From Scyliorhinus canicula (Eukaryota): 64,000 nt of DNA. The stretch spans positions 111,369,524 to 111,433,523 of the forward strand of contig NC_052157.1 of assembly GCF_902713615.1 (NCBI RefSeq). Direction: 5' to 3'. Below, piece by piece: positions 62,295-64,000 of this stretch; position 1 is the first letter of the stretch; each line of letters opens with the position of its first letter. Position numbers and translations under genes: made by a program. The notes under the pieces were generated by a model. It did not search any database. It saw nothing but the letters and a program-made list of their open reading frames with translations, and had not been told where the DNA came from.

Positions 62295-64000
62295 ACAAAG
62301 ATAGAAACAGACAAACAGAGAAGGCTTGGGCTGAAGCTGCAGCGGGAGATAGCATGCCGGATGACCGGAGCTCTGGCTTGTCGACCCAGCGGTCAACGGA
62401 GCAGCTGATGCAAGTTATCCAGGAGGGCTTAGTCAAACAGAAGCAGGACTGCTTGGACCCAATAAAAGACTCAATTGCGTGGCTGGAGCTTAGATTGAAT
62501 GCCCAAGATTGGGCAATCCAGAAAGTAGAGAAAGCGCTGGCTGACCAGGAGGAATATCAAACTGCGATGGAGATGGAAGTGAGGCTGCTGAAAGACCAGC
62601 AGAAAAGGCTCCTGGAGAAGGTGGAGGACCTCGAGAATAGGTCCCGCTGGCAGAACTTGAGAATCGTTGGGCTCCCTGAGGGGTCCGAAGGTCTGCATTC
62701 CCCCGATCCTTGGAGATGGACAGGGCTCGATTCTGGGTCACATATGAGGATCAACATTTTTATTTTGAGTCACCTGAGGAAGCATTGGACTTCACGAAAA
62801 GGAAAGGACTGATAGTGGAGTGAGAACGTTGAACTTTGCTGCAACGTTCATGTTTTAAAAATGTTTCTCGTTTTTAATTTTGTGGACGTTATTTGTAATG
62901 CCTTCTATATCGATTCTGGGCCAGCTGCAGAGCTGAGCAAGTTAAAGTTTACATTTGCACTGTTTTGGGATGGACATCTGTTTGTTAGATGCTGGATGGA
63001 CGTCTGTTTATTAGATGCTGGATCTTTTGCTTGATCTTTACTTTCTTTAGTGGTTTTTTTTTTTAGTTGTGCAATTGTGTTGGGATTGTTTTTCATTTGA
63101 ATATGTGTGTATGAGCCAGGGGAGCGTGGGGAGGGAACAATAGGTGGGTGAATGTCTGTCTGGTGCCAGGGGCGGGGGCCACAAAGCTAGCTGGGTGGGC
63201 TAGCTCACAGAAGCGCAGTGGGGGGGTGAGCAGATTTTAGGCTTATCGAAGGGGTCGATTCACATTGTGCTGTTACGGGGTGGGGGGGAAATGTTCTGAT
63301 GATGAGGGACAGAGTGGCGGTCGGGGGCGAAGGCTGCCTGGGGGTGGGCCGGTGGAGGCGTGAGGCTTGGGCTGGAGACTGGCCCAAGAAAGAGGATGAC
63401 TGAAGTGGGGAGGGGGGGGGGGGGTGCAAGGGAGGGGGTAGGAAGAGGGGGTGCAGGGCAATGAGCCCCCCAACTAGGCTGATCATCTGGAATGTACGGG
63501 GACTAAATGGGCCGGTCAAGAGGGCACATGTGTTCGTGCATCTGAGAGGACTGAAGGCGGACGTGGTAATGCTACAGGATACGCACCTTAGAGTAGCTGA
63601 CCAAATTAGATTAAGGACGGGATGGGTCGGACAGCTTCTTCACTCTGGACTGGACTCGATGACTAGAGGCATCAAGATCCTGATCAACAAGTGAGTGGTG
63701 TTTGAGGCGGGAAGAATAGTTACGGATGTCTGAGATCGGTACATTATGGTCAGTGGGAAACTGGAAGGGGTGTAGGTGGTATTAGTAAATGTGTATATGC
63801 CAAATTGGGACGATGTGGAGATGAAAAGCATGCTGGGGAAGATACCGGACCTGGATTCTCATAAGTTGGTCATGGGAGTGGACTTCAACACAGTTATTGA
63901 CCCTTGTTTAGACAGGTCAAGCACAAAAACGGGCAGGGTGCCAGCAATGGCAAAGGAACTAAAAGCAGATGTGGGGGGGGTAGACCGATGGAGATTTGGG
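62295..64000 (+). mobile_element. L1 fragment: ORF1, G-rich spacer, ORF2 endonuclease (runs off the window)
   Basis: DLENRSRWQNLRIVGLPEGSEG and PTRLIIWNVRGLNGPVKRAHVF..MLQDTH. Confidence 0.88.

Noticed and set aside
50668-64000. Further DTX2 exons
   Set aside because: No second WWE or other Deltex-like coding sequence was found. The region reads as repeat-rich intron.

Overview
Vertebrate genomic DNA, very likely a cartilaginous fish (shark-like), judged from its repeat content: HE1/V-type SINEs, CR1/HER1-like LINEs, Deu-domain SINEs and Penelope-type repeats. Three spliced host genes can be read directly. LRWD1/ORCA is on the minus strand, with 8 coding exons from ATG 25388 down to 211; the gene continues off the left edge. 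ALKBH4 is on the plus strand and complete, with 3 coding exons from 29626 to 39484 (324 aa). The first coding exon of DTX2 (WWE domain) is at 50337-50667, with the remaining exons beyond the window. LRWD1 and ALKBH4 are head-to-head, and their shared CpG-island promoter is filled by a ~14-copy 33-bp minisatellite carrying NRF1-type motifs. The rest is dense transposon sequence: a young 5'-truncated CR1 with an intact RT ORF, a Gmr1-like (PR-IN order) Gypsy relic, solo LTRs, L1 fragments, a hAT MITE and more than 20 SINEs. The most notable observations are an intact minimal hammerhead ribozyme in a short Penelope-type repeat upstream of DTX2, a second hammerhead-like family with U3-A8 covariation forming a long hairpin in the probable ALKBH4 3'UTR, a histone H2A 5'-end/SINE chimera, and SINEs with swapped heads and tails. 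Gene identities rest on recalled orthologue sequences, not database searches. Repeat boundaries are approximate.
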